The notes below the pieces were generated by a model, which worked only from the letters and a program-made list of their open reading frames with translations, was not told the DNA's origin and ran no database searches. Shown here in pieces: positions 1 through 13,249 of a stretch of 64,000 bases of DNA (the first letter of the stretch is position 1; every line of letters begins with the position of its first letter). Position numbers and translations under genes: made by a program. The stretch lies in the NCBI GenBank assembly GCA_951406725.2, contig OX597816.1, positions 96,968,001 through 97,032,000 on the forward strand. Reading direction: 5' to 3'. Origin of the DNA: Octopus vulgaris. Its lineage: Eukaryota.

Positions 1-299
1 GTGGTGGGGTTGGGGGGGGGGGGCTATAACGCATGCAGAGTACTTTAGAAGGTACAAAGAAATCTTCAGAGGAGATTGCAAGTCGTAAATTAGCGCTGGC
101 TGAACATGAAAAATATTGTAATTTCATACTACCCGCCAAAAAACTCGTGAAATTTGTCTCCCGAAAACATTCGAACTACTATCAAAAATATTCAGTGATA
201 AGAGTTCCCTATTTAACACTCTATAGGAGTGTTGGAATCTACCTAAAAGAGAGAATGAAGACTTTGTCACGTATACCGGGACCGTAAACCGAATGTGCG

Positions 300-1400
300 A
301 AAGGTTTAAACTGAAGGAACTAACTCCTGATATATTTAAGTGCCTTATTTTTGTACAAAGGATTATGGATTACAAAGATGCGGGGATATGTTTCTCACAA
401 AACTTGAACAAGCCCACTAAAGTTTAACCCTGCAGACAGTTGTAGGAGAGTGTCAAAGAATGGTAAATTTACGTCAGGACGTAAAGAAAATTGAAGAGTT
501 CTCACAAGTACAAACGTGCCGACTGGGAAGGCATAAACAAAAACACAAAAAATGTTAAGATCAAACCCTGTAGCAAGGGTTTGAGCATAACATTTGATCT
601 TAAACAAAAAGAGGTGTGTGTAGACTATTTCTCAAAGTACCCTGAAATTGTGAAATTGTCTGACCTATCAAGTAAAACGACAATCACAGCAGCGAAATCT
701 GTCTTTGCCAGATACGGCATCCGAGATGAGCTCATGACAGATAACGGACCGCAGTTTACGAGAGGAGTGTTCCGTAACTTTGGTCTAGAATGGGACTTCA
801 AACACAGCATCAAGTCCGACATACCCATAATCAAACGGACAAGCTGAGCGTACACTTCAGACAGTAAAAATATCTGCTAAAAAAAAACAGAATCTAGTGG
901 CCGAGATGTTTACTTAGCTATACTTGAGTACAGAAATATACCGGTTGACACGGTCAGTCTATCACCAGCTCAAATGCCAACGAGCAGGCGCCTGAAAAAT
1001 CGCTTACCTGTGTCCGATGCCTTGCTGGAACCTCAGGTACGACTATATCATCAGCTGAAAGCATGTCAAGACCAGCAAAAGTACTACTTATGACTGAGGT
1101 AGTATAGTTACCTCCCTTGAGTTCGGGACAGCAAGTCAGGATTCAAGAAGGAAGCCTGAAGATGTCAAATCAGTTGATGACGCACCAAGATTCTATAACA
1201 TAACAACGTCAGATGGAAGACAGTTTCGACGAAATCCCCGTCATCTGCGGACAGCTGCTGAGAATCCAGCAGCTCATCCAAATGGAGAATGTGAAGAGAC
1301 TATGAACTGCAATACAAATGAGTCTGAGACTACAAACACAATCTGTAATCAAACTCTGAGATCCAGATGAAAAAACATGCCGGAACAATATCGAGATTGA
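300..1400 (+). mobile_element. Ty3/Gypsy (Mag-like) LTR retrotransposon remnant: gag-like fragment plus decayed integrase
   Basis: Integrase core VDYFSKYPEIVKL...FARYGIRDELMTDNGPQF (ORF 491-847) continues through frameshifts into SNGQAERTLQTVK and AILEYRNIPVDTVSLSPAQM. Upstream PDIFKCLIFVQGL (~327-365) resembles Mag-clade gag. Confidence 0.85.
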
Positions 1401-1760
1401 TATTAAAAAATGTTGAGTTCGAGAAGTGCTCCATGAAAAGAGAGATTCATGAACTGTGTTAAATGTCGAATTTCAAGTTAAACAAGTTGAACTGTATTAA
1501 TTGCTAGAAAGCATATTTCATTATTCTTTCCACGTTTGAAGAAGTTAAAGCGATTATTTTCTTAATGGAAAAAAAAATCATTTATGGACAGTTAAATTTA
1601 AAGAAGATATATTCATGGACTTTAAAGAAAGTTGCTTTATCAGAATGATAATGAATATATAATAGAGTTTATTTGAAGTTGATAATTTAAGCTCCAAATA
1701 TTGGCATAACTTAAAATTTGTGTGTATATTGACTACAATGATAACTCTTGCAACGTTTGT

Positions 1761-1772
1761 AAAGAAGGGAGA
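1761..1772 (+). promoter_or_regulatory. Polypurine tract of the Gypsy element
   Basis: aaagaagggaga lies downstream of the integrase and immediately precedes TGTAAT. Confidence 0.75.
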
Positions 1773-2105
1773 TGTAATGAAGATAAATTTACGTTAAGCT
1801 GTGCACACAAAGTCTGATGTCAGAGTTTGTGACGCATGACGTAACAAACAGTAATGGCCGCGCCCTATGACATGTCATAATTTACACTATGCATATCTTT
1901 GGGACAGGACTGCAGTATGCGCGCGAATCTACAAGAATCTATGCACACGCCCCCCCACGCACACAACCACACAAAAAGCTACACATGTAGCATACGCTTA
2001 CACATGCTGTTTTTACTTGCATATATCCGGCGCACTACATATCTTACACGAAGCAGACGGCGTAAAACTTTCATAAATGAAATTTACATAGAAGACAAGG
2101 CTACA
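1773..2105 (+). repeat. Probable 3' LTR (~333 bp, TGTA...TACA)
   Basis: Starts TGTA directly after the PPT. The best end is ...ggcTACA at 2105; an alternative is tttaca at ~2088. Confidence 0.6.
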
Positions 2106-2749
2106 AGGTTCTGAGACCTCTCCAAATCACGCTGCATGTCTAGTGTTGGTAGTGAATACAGACAATTCAATGAATAATCAAATTTATTAACAAAATCAAT
2201 TACAGACACGATGACGGATTAGCTACCACATACACAATACGGGACAAAATAAATCATAATATCAAAGAAGTCCTAAAGAAAATTAAATAATAAAAGTCAG
2301 TAAAAGTACACTTAAGGTGAATAACAATTATAAAATTATCAATTAATAACAAAAGATTAAACTAAGCTCATTTCTCACCATAAAACAATAGATTTATTCA
2401 TTAAGCTTTAAATGATGAATTAGACAATATCTAGACACAATACAATCTTATCAGTTGCTGAATTATAATGTAAACCTTTGCTCTGATCGATGATCCAGTC
2501 TAATAGATCTTTCTCTAATTAGAGCCTGGTTCCATCTGCATGCACTTTTCGTTCTTAACATGTCGACTAAAGTTACTTTCTGCTTACCTCATTTCCTGCA
2601 ACCTTCTCTGATACAAAAACCATCATTTCAGCAACTACCTTCTACAAATTTTTCACTTTGAAAGCGATAGTATATGACGGTCACTTTTGCATTGCACCTA
2701 TAGTTGTCTTTATGGCGGTGTTTGATACGGAATACAATTTTATGTAAAT

Positions 2750-2911
2750 AAGCGCAGGCACCACAGTGTGGTAAGAAGCTTACTTCCAAACCACATGGTT
2801 CCAGGTTCAGTCCCAATGCGTAGCACCGTGGGCAGGTGATTTGCACTATGGCCTCAGACCGACTAAAGTCTTGTGAGAGAATTTGGTAGACGGAAATTGA
2901 AAGGAGCCTGT

Positions 2912-2912
<1 letters not shown>
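2750..2912 (+). mobile_element. tRNA-derived SINE head (octopus-type family)
   Basis: gcgcaggc...gtgtggtaagaagcttacttcc...ggttcagtccc (A/B-box-like); homologous to copies at 8861, 12900 (minus) and 16890. Confidence 0.75.
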
Positions 2913-2971
<59 letters not shown>

Positions 2972-2984
2972 TATGTATGTATAT

Positions 2985-4010
2985 CATTATTCAGTTTATT
3001 TCAAGATATCTTGCCAATAGAGAAAGAATCGGTTTCTAACCTAGATCCAAGGTTTCTTCTTTGGAGTTTCAAAATGAATAACAGGGTATGTTTGTTTGTT
3101 TGAATGTATGTATGTATGTATGTATGTATGTATGTATGTATGTACGCGTGTATGTATGTATGTATGTATGTATGTATGTATGTATGTGCAGATTTGTATG
3201 TTTTATGTATGTATTCTCATGCACAGAGCTACATAACTATACATGCTCATATACATTTAAATGATAAACTTCTGGAAAATTTTACAGATTTTTACAGTTC
3301 CAGTAGTGGATTGGATCTGTAGCCTTCACATTAGCTTTCTCCTTTCTGGTTTTGAAAAGCCTAATTTCTCAAGATTGGTATTTAGGCAGTGTGTTACATA
3401 TCCCAGGGTCTCAATAATTCCAGGTATAAACCTGAACTTGCAATCTGGATAGAGTAACTGTAGATTTCTCAATAGGTCAGTATAGGTGTTCTCTTTTTCA
3501 CTGATCTTCAGCTTTATGTTAACATCTGTTGAGCAGCTCATTTCTACAACTGATCCCAAATCATTATATCAGGCCTATTGTACTTACATTTTATTGATGT
3601 TTCCACTGGTACGTTCCACCAGTATTCCTTTTCATTATGAGTGGCTATGGTTTCTACCATTTTTGTGGGTTTCTATTTCTTTGTCCTCCGGATTATCCTT
3701 CCTACGGATTTCAATGTAGAGTGTCCTAGCTACAACGTCATGTCTCATCGGTTGATAATACCATGATGATATTTTCGGACAACTGCCTATGATGTGTGTG
3801 ATATCGTCAGTGTGAACTCCACAAAGTTTGCATCGGTTGTCATATTTTACGGCTTTTCCCACATCTCTATCCCTTTTGTGCATCAGGTACTTGGTCGATA
3901 TTTCCTGTTCCTGGATTGCAAACGCATACCCTTCAAAGTGAGAGGTAATAATCCGGCTATTCATCCATGATAAACTGCTTTGATGATCGATGTTACTATC
4001 ATCACGGAGC
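2985..4010 (-). mobile_element. 5'-truncated R4/Dong-like non-LTR retrotransposon: CCHC knuckle, restriction-like endonuclease and 3' UTR
   Basis: ORF 3635-3964 has AIQEQEISTKY...CKLCGVHTDDITHIIGSC...RHDVVA. ORF 3326-3559 has VVEMSC...EKENTY...FIPGIIETLGYV. The 3' UTR contains (CATA)n and is matched by 61998-62300. Confidence 0.8.
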
Positions 4011-4239
4011 TATGTATGTATGCATATATGTTTGTATTCAGATTCAGCCTCTGTTCGTGATCACTAAATTAAGAACAATATACTCTTTGAGCAGACTCAT
4101 GTCGAAGCTCTTGTAGAGAGAAAAGGGGCTATGATGTTTAAAAAGTCACAAGTTAATTACATTGTTCAACATTTTTTTCTCATTTTATTTTTCATTTTTA
4201 AAATGGTTTTTATGTTATTTTATTCTTATCCATTTGCTT

Positions 4240-4420
4240 GTTTCAGTCATTGGACTACTGGTATTCTGGGAAACCACTTATAGGGTCTTAGCCGAACAAA
4301 TCGACCCCAGTATGTTTGTTAAAATCCCAGAACTTAGTCTCTCGGTCTAGGAACGTAAATTAACACCGGTTCTGAAGTGGTGGGGAACAAAGACAAAGAC
4401 AAGCACACATACACACATTT
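4240..4420 (-). mobile_element. Degenerate SINE 3' portion
   Basis: cttgtttcagtcattggact...aaatcgaccccagta is the reverse complement of the SINE tail seen at 9190-9270 and 17750-17830. Confidence 0.55.
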
Positions 4421-4469
4421 ATATGTATACACGCACACACTAATACAAACATGCACACTTACACACACC

Positions 4470-4689
4470 TACGATGGGCGCTAAAAAGTTTCTAATGCTG
4501 AAAAGTTCCTGGCTTTAAGGATATCGCAACAGGCCTGGTTCGAGACCTAACCTTCTGGGTTCTGTTACAAGGCTTACAAAAACTGAAGGGTCGGTGCAAT
4601 AAGTGTGTGAATAATAATAAAATTATAATTAACAGATCTTCCTGTATTTTCATTTACTGAAAGCCAGGAAATTTTCAGCCCCACCCTAC

Positions 4690-4692
<3 letters not shown>
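4470..4692. mobile_element. Mariner-type MITE
   Basis: Imperfect TIRs TACGAtggg...ctgaaaagttcctggcttt / aaagccaggaaattttcagccccaccctacgTA with TA at both ends. Confidence 0.6.
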
Positions 4693-4739
<47 letters not shown>

Positions 4740-4796
4740 AAATGTGAGGACGCGTACAAGGAATATATTACCTTGACGCTTTGTGAAAGGTGAGAG

Positions 4797-4831
4797 TTTG
4801 ATGTTTCGAGCATAGATCTTCGTCGGAAAGG
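4797..4831 (-). ncRNA. Degenerate minimal type I hammerhead motif (PLE-associated family)
   Basis: Minus strand reads ttt-CCGACGA-a-gatc-tat-gctc-GAAAC-ATC-aaa; same family as 26866 and 43202. Confidence 0.5.
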
Positions 4832-7800
4832 AGAATCGGAACAGTTCAAAGGTTGAAAAGAAATCGCCATCGGAGCACGTGTAGGTATATTATGACAAGC
4901 TTCCACGGAGATTCTGTCTACCAAATTCACACGGGATACTGTAGATATTTGCCCAAAGTACTGCGCACTGGGTCTAAACCTGAAATCACGAAGTTGCGAA
5001 ACGAACTTCTAAACCACGCAATCATACATTCGCCTCTATTGTTTAGTTTTAATCTTTTATGATATTTAGTATTATTTTAAATCAATTTATGTATTTACCT
5101 CACGTTTCCGTTGTCTGTATTTTTACTATAACTTCTAAAATCTTGACAGGCAAAGGCGAAGAAAGAGCATCATTTTGTTAGTGCCTTACCTATTCTGTTA
5201 TACAGAAGAGCAGTTTCAATAGCAACAATAATTACTTTCGTGTATATATTTTGAAAGAAAAAGAAATGAAGGGAGCAAAAATATAATAGAAGTTTAGTAA
5301 AATTGAGTGAATTAGTGACTACAAAACTAACCTACTGCCATGAATTAGGTAGTTGTGACATTTACAATGTTTAGCAGCCAATTAAATTAAACACCTTCTT
5401 GAACTGAATTTTTGTCAACCATCGCAAATCGAAACCGGGAATATAATTTAATCCTACTAGGAGCATACTTATTATTCTGTTCCACTCATCAAGTATGGAA
5501 AAATTGATAATAATAGACAAGATAAAAGAAACGTGTTGTATACATACAACGAATCGACATTTGACCTCGAACCTATTAGAAGCTATCTCTTGTTCTTCTT
5601 GTTTTATATATTATATATTTACAGTGGTGGTGTTACACGCTTCTACAAGACATACACCCACACAACACACACATAAACACACACAGACACACAAGCACAC
5701 ACATATATGTCTGCTGTTTGTGTGTGTATGTGTGTGCGTACGTGAGTGTGTATACTTATCTCTATACGTATATCGCCACGCACAGACACATATATGCCCA
5801 ACATGTATCCGTATGTGTGTGTATGTGTGTGTGTGTGTGTGTGTGTGTAAAAGCATTTGTCTTTTCTTTACACTGTTGTGTTCAACTCTGAGGCGACTGC
5901 TTGACGACGTCTCATTTCACGTTGATGCCGTCTTCAACAGAATATTTTATTTACATTATTTATGCTGATCTCTTCAACAAACACAAATGTCCTTTTCATT
6001 CGTTGCTTTCACATATTGACAAAACTCTGCTGCACTCTCTTGTAATTGCTTCGTATGTTCTCGGCGCCAGCAGAGATTTCTTCATGCTCAAAGTGCAACG
6101 TGCTAATGGCAAAGAATACAAATATTAGCTATATCGCTGTTTAGATGGCACCTATTCTATTTAGACGGGTGAATGCTGTTGTTTGCAAAGCCGCATCTTA
6201 ACTAAACTTTTCTTTATTGCAATGTCTTTCGTTTTCTCAGGAAACATCTGACAGGTTATCACATCTATTGTTAGTCTGACGCAGTCGTTTCCATGTTTGT
6301 GGATTCCAAGTAAGTTTATCTTATTTTCCCCCTCATCTTTAATATGCTTTGGCATAAAATTATCTAGGTGCTCTGAGGACCATTCTAGAAATGAATAATA
6401 GATATACTGTTTCCTATCTCAGCTTGGAAATCAACATCCTAGCAACTAAAACGCTGAAAAGTGGTGCTTCAGAATAAAGGATGCTTTTCTAAAAATACAT
6501 CGAAATTAACGTATCACTGTTGGCGGAAAAATTCTGCATAATGGTAATTGATAATGTAGAATAGTTCTAATTCACTAGCTCCAGTATCACACAAAATTGC
6601 GTCACAGGGTGAAGTGTGAGGTTTCACAATATCATAGCCGAAAACATGTGTATAAATTGAAAATAGTTGAAAGCTAAAAACGTATCAGAAAGAAAATATA
6701 TGAAAGAAAATATCATTAAATATAAATTACATTCCATCAATAAAACTTGTCGACCAATAGGTCTCATCACAACAGACCCATCATCAAAAATGATCCATCT
6801 GTGACTATCCTGTCTTTAATTCAGGAGTGTAATCAGTAATCAGGACCGAATTATCCAATTCATCTTCCTGATATAAAGGCAGAGATGATTAGAGGGAGAT
6901 ATGATCACTGATTTTCTTTCTTTTTCGTAGTTCGAGTGACAACACTGTTTTTTTGATTAGCTAAGAATCACCAGGAGTTCCATCATTGGCTCGGAAAATC
7001 TTGGAAGAGACCAGATTAGTTTATGTTAATCGTTAATCAAAATAATCATATTGATGCCCAGAATGAGATTTTATATTTCTTTAGTAATAATCTGCCATTT
7101 TCTTTTGAATTTAACAAATTTAAACCTAACATTTATTAGTCACTGGATTCAATATTCTTTTGCAAGTCAGCATAAAAACACATATGCTATTCTTTAAATG
7201 ATTTGCCTAAATCCGTGTTCTAAGTAGCTCTCAATTAAGTAGCTATCAATTAAATAGGTAAGTAGCTACCACTTAATTTGATGTAAGAAAATATTTTTAA
7301 TTTCCCATTATTAACATACATAAGATTATATCTTAGAGAACCCTGAGAGAATATTTATGTTTAATATGTACGTTTTTCTTAGCTTCAGTGTGGTAACACT
7401 CACTCATGTTCAGACAGTGAAATCTTTGAAATATAAATCAATATGGAGAAAAATAAATCTATTGTAGAAATACTTGGCAATTTGAAATAAAGAAAACAGC
7501 GAAAGAAAGAACATATTCAGTTCTATTTGTAGCAAATCTAAGAAAACTCAACCAGGTTGAAATCGTATTTGGGGTCAGACGATCATATTCTCTCCAAGTT
7601 TTATAATACCAACATTATTTTATAGTAAGAGAAGTAATGTATTCTTACATAGAAGTAATTTCATATACATCTATCAACAAACTATGTAATAATATATACG
7701 ATCTGTCACAAGCACTTTATGTCAGTTATATACTAGACACAAGTCGATCAACATTAGACATTGATTAAATACTAAATATAATGAATCAGATACAATTTAT

Positions 7801-8860
7801 TCAACTTCCTACATACATAAACTTACTAAGCTACAGTGTATACACAAAAAATAGATATACAGTGTCATATCAATATGTATTTCTCGAATCAAAAAAGGCT
7901 CACGATGACTTTTTGAAAGTCTTGTATTACAATCGAACCAACAACATCATTGTAATTGAAGATACATACTTAATAATTACTTATAGGGACACCGTATTTT
8001 GTTATGTAACCATAGTATACAACCAAGTAAACTAAACGCTTTATAAGTCAATACTGTGTTCTGTCGTGTCAGCAGTGCTATTAAATCCCTTTTGAAGACG
8101 TCCCTGCAAGTAATTCTATACGTATCTATGCCAGAAATGTGTTTAGTATGTAAAATTGGTATATCTAATAGAGTTACAATGCTATAGTTAGTAGCTGTGA
8201 GTACGTGGATGGTTAATGGATTGGATGTGGTGCTGAAGAAGAGGCAAGAACTTTTAAAATATGCATACACACCCATTACCTATTTTACCATCTTTGGTTG
8301 CATTATTTACATTAGACGTATTCGGATACGAAACGTCGTAACAAATCAGTGCTGGCTACAACTTCTATAGATAATCTGTAGAGAGAACCAAAAAAATGTG
8401 ATTGAAAGATTTATCAAGTTTCGCTCACTTTTTCTTAACATTAAGCTGTCAACATTAGTATTTGGAGGTTATTTATTAAAATGCAGACGCATGCAACTCA
8501 TTGAAATAATGTTACAGGGTTTAACAGCTCATCAGTAATTATTTCTAGAGCAGTTTAGGAGGATGGGGTGAGTGAATCCTGGTGAGATTCTAAATAATAA
8601 AATGAGCTGTGTCAATATTCACCGCCGAAATTAGATTTACAGATTGATGAAGTGCAAAAATCTGTTTCGGCAAAAAAACAAAAACAAAAACAAAACAAAA
8701 AAAGCTACTAATGAGATACTGGAAAGATACAATTGCAGTATCATTATATTTAATTCAGCGCTACATATTTTCTGGTAATCTATCAATTCCTTCCCTTCTT
8801 TAAAATTCCGGCCGTCAACTTTCACCTACTTAAGGTCCCCGTTAGTCTAATTTTACATAT

Positions 8861-9274
8861 AGGCGCAGGCGTGGCTGTGTGGTAAGAAGCTTGCTTCCTA
8901 CATGGTACCTTGGGCAAGCGTCTTCTACTATAATTTTGGACCGACCAAAGTCTTTTTTAGTGAACTTGGTAGACGGAAACTATATATCTATATGTGTGTA
9001 TGTGTGTGTGTGTATGTGTATATATATATATAATTATATATGTGTGTGTGGGTGTATATATCTATGTGTGTGTGTGACTGTTTTTCTCCCCACCACCGCT
9101 TGACAACCGGTGTTGTGTATACGTTCCAATAGCTTAGGAATTAAACAAAAAGAGAATGTTAGAAGTACTAGGCTTTAAAAAATAAGTTCTTGGGTCGATT
9201 TTTAAAAACTAAAACCCTTCAGTCAGTGCCCCAGCATAGCCGGAATCAAATGACAAGCAAGTAAAAGAAATAAA
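8861..9274 (+). mobile_element. Near full-length tRNA-derived SINE with internal (TG/TA)n
   Basis: Head aggcgcaggcgtggctgtgtggtaagaagcttgcttcc, central microsatellite, tail cttgacaaccggtg...aagtaaaagaaataaa. Confidence 0.8.
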
Positions 9275-10477
9275 TACGGCCTTCGTTGTTTATCCAAAAT
9301 TCAAGTTCTGCTGTGTCTAGAATTTACTACATTTGTATCTGTAGTGCTTACAGTATGTATTATACAGCAAGTTTCATCGTCGTGTCAACATAACCAGTTC
9401 TTAGTTCCTAAGATTTCAAAAATCAAAATGTAACTGAAGTCCTAATATTAAGTATGTAAAATTTGATTGGAATTTTGAAATAAGGGAAAGAACTGGTTGC
9501 TTATAAGAAATAATGAAGTGCTAGATGAAATATAATTTGTCTCTTTCTGTCATCATGTTCTCAGTTAAAGATTTGCCGGAAATGATTTCACGTTTCATCA
9601 TTCTGTATTCAATAAGCTATCGATTTTTTTTCTTTCCTTTTACAAAGGAAATCCTGTACTTAATGAAAATATATCAAAAGAAAATGTCAATTTCATTTGC
9701 TATACTGTCAGCACTTGCTGGCTTTTAGCTTCCAGTCAGTTCTGACTGATTTGACTTATGATCAAAGATATTTTAGCCACGGCCCATATATCTTTTAGTG
9801 TACAAAATACTTGATGTCCAATATACCCTTCCTTTATTACGATGACAGGATGTGATTTTTAGCTGCTATTTTAAGCAGCTCAATAGGTCACCTAAACGTT
9901 CTCTTATTGGCACGTCGTTCGAAATTTTGCATTTTTGTATTACATAAGCACATTTTTATCATTTATTTATCTAACAAAAAATCTAACACACGTGGTCTCC
10001 ATAACGATCGTAGCTATTATAAGAGAGATCATGTTCTCAGAGCGTTTTAATTGTCATAAAATATATGTGATCTCTGCTTTGCTGTACTTTGATCCATTTA
10101 TCAGCTCGCCACATGATAAACTGAAGTAGCAGGATTATACAAAGATCAGTTGCATGTATAGATTGACATTTGCGAAAGCGGAAAATCGTTTGTAACTGAA
10201 GAGAAGATAAACTAAGTTACTGATATAGATCGCGAGGAGCTTATAATCCCTTTGCATTATTTTGATGATTTTAATTGTCAACGAATAGATTAGGAAGAAA
10301 TATAGACTACCAAGAATTGTCCCTTTGACAATTTTCTAATTTCGTCGAATATTTGTATTTATGCTAATGCAATTATGTATATTTCGGAGTTGCAAGTCTG
10401 AAAACATACATAATTGCATTTGGCCTTTGGCAATTGACTCGATCTGGGATTGTATGTTGAAACTGATAAAATTACGT

Positions 10478-10558
10478 CATCATCATCATCATCATCATCA
10501 TCATCAACAACATCAACAAAAACAACAACAACAACAACAACAACATTAACAACAACAA
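10478..10558. repeat. (CAT)n-(CAA)n compound microsatellite
   Basis: Direct reading. Confidence 0.95.
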
Positions 10559-10675
10559 AACTTAACTTTCACGTCTGTACGGAATTTATAGATACTCCAT
10601 AGCTTTTATCCCACCTATAAATCTCCTATATGTATATAGACACACACGCACACATACACACATACTCCCGCATAA

Positions 10676-10706
<31 letters not shown>

Positions 10707-11034
10707 TATACACTCCCATCATTTTACAAATATTTGCGTTTTTCATTCGGTGCAAAGGCTTAGTAATTTGGTGGGAGGAGCGATTAGAATGGATCCGATA
10801 TAGGTCAGAATTTATGTATTGTTGCTTATCAGACCTGCCGTGGTCCTTCCAAAGCAATTGCTTCTATCTTGCTTCTGGATACTACAGCAAAACCCAACTC
10901 TTGCTTCCTACTGCCTTTTCTGTTTGGCTTTTCTTACTTGTGCAGTTCCTAAACACTCCTAAAACACAGACAGAAAGATTAATCATGTCTTTGTATCGTC
11001 TATAAAGAGAATACACATTAAATTATTTCTTTTA

Positions 11035-11061
11035 TGTATATCTTATGAAAGTATGTATGAA

Positions 11062-11105
<44 letters not shown>

Positions 11106-11250
11106 TACATACATACATATATGTATATATATTTATATGTACACATATGCACACACACACATATATATATACATATATGTATATATATATGTATATATAC
11201 ATACGTGTGTGTGTGTATGTGTGTGTGCATGCGTGCGTGCGGATGTATAC

Positions 11251-11286
<36 letters not shown>

Positions 11287-11334
11287 GTATATATATATAT
11301 ATATAGATATACATATATACACACGCACATCCAC

Positions 11335-11376
<42 letters not shown>

Positions 11377-11560
11377 TACATAATATATACACGCATATAC
11401 ACATTAATACAGATTTACATATGCATATATAATATATACAGTACATACATATGTATATAATATATATACATATATATACATGTATGTATATCTATATATT
11501 TATATATATATATATATACATTTATATGTAAATATACACACACATATATACATATATATT
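11035..11560. repeat. Compound (TA)n/(CA)n/(TG)n microsatellite field
   Basis: Direct reading. Confidence 0.95.
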
Positions 11561-11806
11561 CGCTGTACATTACATTCATATGTACATCCCATCACCACCG
11601 TCCACTACCACCATCACCACCGACCATCACCACCAGCATCACCACTACCACTACTCCGCATATATATTCAATTTTACAGAGTTGAATTCTTCCAAGCGGA
11701 GCAAAAGAAAAGATAAAAAGCTAAAGAAAGGAAATGGAAACAAAAAGGAAAGATAAATAATAAAGGAATAAACGGATGAAAGAAACTTCCTGACCATATT
11801 TCCGCC

Positions 11807-11845
<39 letters not shown>

Positions 11846-12169
11846 ATCAAAGGAACAAACTCCTCAAAGACATATATGTAAAAAAATAAAATAAAATAAA
11901 ATAAATATATAAATAAATAAAACAAAACGATAGCAATATAAAGCAACTACGTAACAAAATAAAACAAACAAAAATATTACGGATACCAATTCTATATTGA
12001 TCCCAATGTTTAGTTCTGATTTGCTTCGCTTTCATGTCTTTCTTGGTTTTAATTTATCCGAAATTCTTTTGAGTGCTTACTAATATTGCGGCTCTTCCAT
12101 TTTATTTCGTAGTTTTCTTTGTTCTTTTTCTTTTTGTTTTCAATCTTAAAGGTTTTTATTGTGGCGTTG

Positions 12170-12897
12170 TTTGACGATGTTGATGATGTCGGTTATGATG
12201 ATTATCACGACGACGATTATGATGATGGTAAAGATGTTGATGATGATGATGATGATAATGTTTATGAGATTGATGGTGGGTGACGGTGGTGATGATCATA
12301 ATTATAATCTTAATGATTATAATGGTGATGCTGATGCTGATGCAAACGGTGATGGCAATAATGATGATGATGATGTTGATGATGATAATGACGTCGACGA
12401 TGACAACAATGGTGATAGTGATGATGATGACGATGTTGATGACGATAGTGATGGAGATGATGATGAAGAAGAAGAAGAAGAAGAAAAGAAGAAGAAGAAG
12501 AAGAAGAAGAAGAAGAAGAAGAAGAAGAAGAAGAAGAAGAAGAAGAAGAAGAAGAAGAAGAAGAAGATTGTGATAGTGAAGATGATAACGATAACGACAA
12601 CAGTAATGATGTTGATGAGAATGATGGTGTTGATGATGGTGATGAATATGATGACAATAATATCTTCATGATTTTAACGGCGGTATTGATGGTGATGCAG
12701 ATGATTGTGGTGAAGATGATGATGATGATGATGAACAGGAGGAGGAGGAGGAGGAAGAGGCCAGTGAAGAAGAGGAGGAGGTGGATAAGGAGGGAGAGGA
12801 GGATAATGGTGGTGATGATGAAGAAAAGCAGAAGAGAAAGAGGAAAATAAAGGAACAGAAGTGGAGGAAGATGGAAAAGAAAGAGATGATGATGGAG
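12170..12897. repeat. Degenerate GAT/GAA/GAG triplet array with a pure (AAG)n core at ~12465-12567
   Basis: Direct reading; source of the spurious poly-D/K/S/M ORFs. Confidence 0.95.
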
Positions 12898-12899
12898 TT

Positions 12900-13181
12900 G
12901 GCCTCTTTAACCGAACCACTAAGTTTTGGGGACGTAAGCAAACAATACCGGTTTCCAAGTGTGTAAGGGTGAAACACTGATATAAACACACACGTGCGCG
13001 CGCACGCACACACACATACACACGACGGGCTTCCACACCGTTTCTGTCTATCAAATTCGCTCGCAAGACATTGGTCGGCCCGAAGTAACAGCAGCAGACA
13101 CTCGTCCATGTTGCCAAGCAGTGAGGCCTGAACTCGGATCCATGTGGTTAAAAACGAGCTCCTTAACCATTCGGGCATGCC
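12900..13181 (-). mobile_element. tRNA-derived SINE
   Basis: Reverse complement of the 8861-type head and body. Confidence 0.7.
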
Positions 13182-13249
13182 AGATGATGATGATGATGAT
13201 GGTGGTGTGGTGACGATGATGGTGACGGACGATGATGACGACATAAATG

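Noticed and set aside
2750-2830. tRNA genes at SINE heads
   Set aside because: Only A/B-box-like remnants continuing into SINE bodies; no cloverleaf
5860-6300. Possible host exon or 5' UTR in a moderately GC-richer patch
   Set aside because: No recognisable protein motif or defensible splice structure from sequence alone
11018-11460. YI/HT/CV-repeat ORFs here and throughout the window
   Set aside because: Stop-free dinucleotide and tetranucleotide microsatellites
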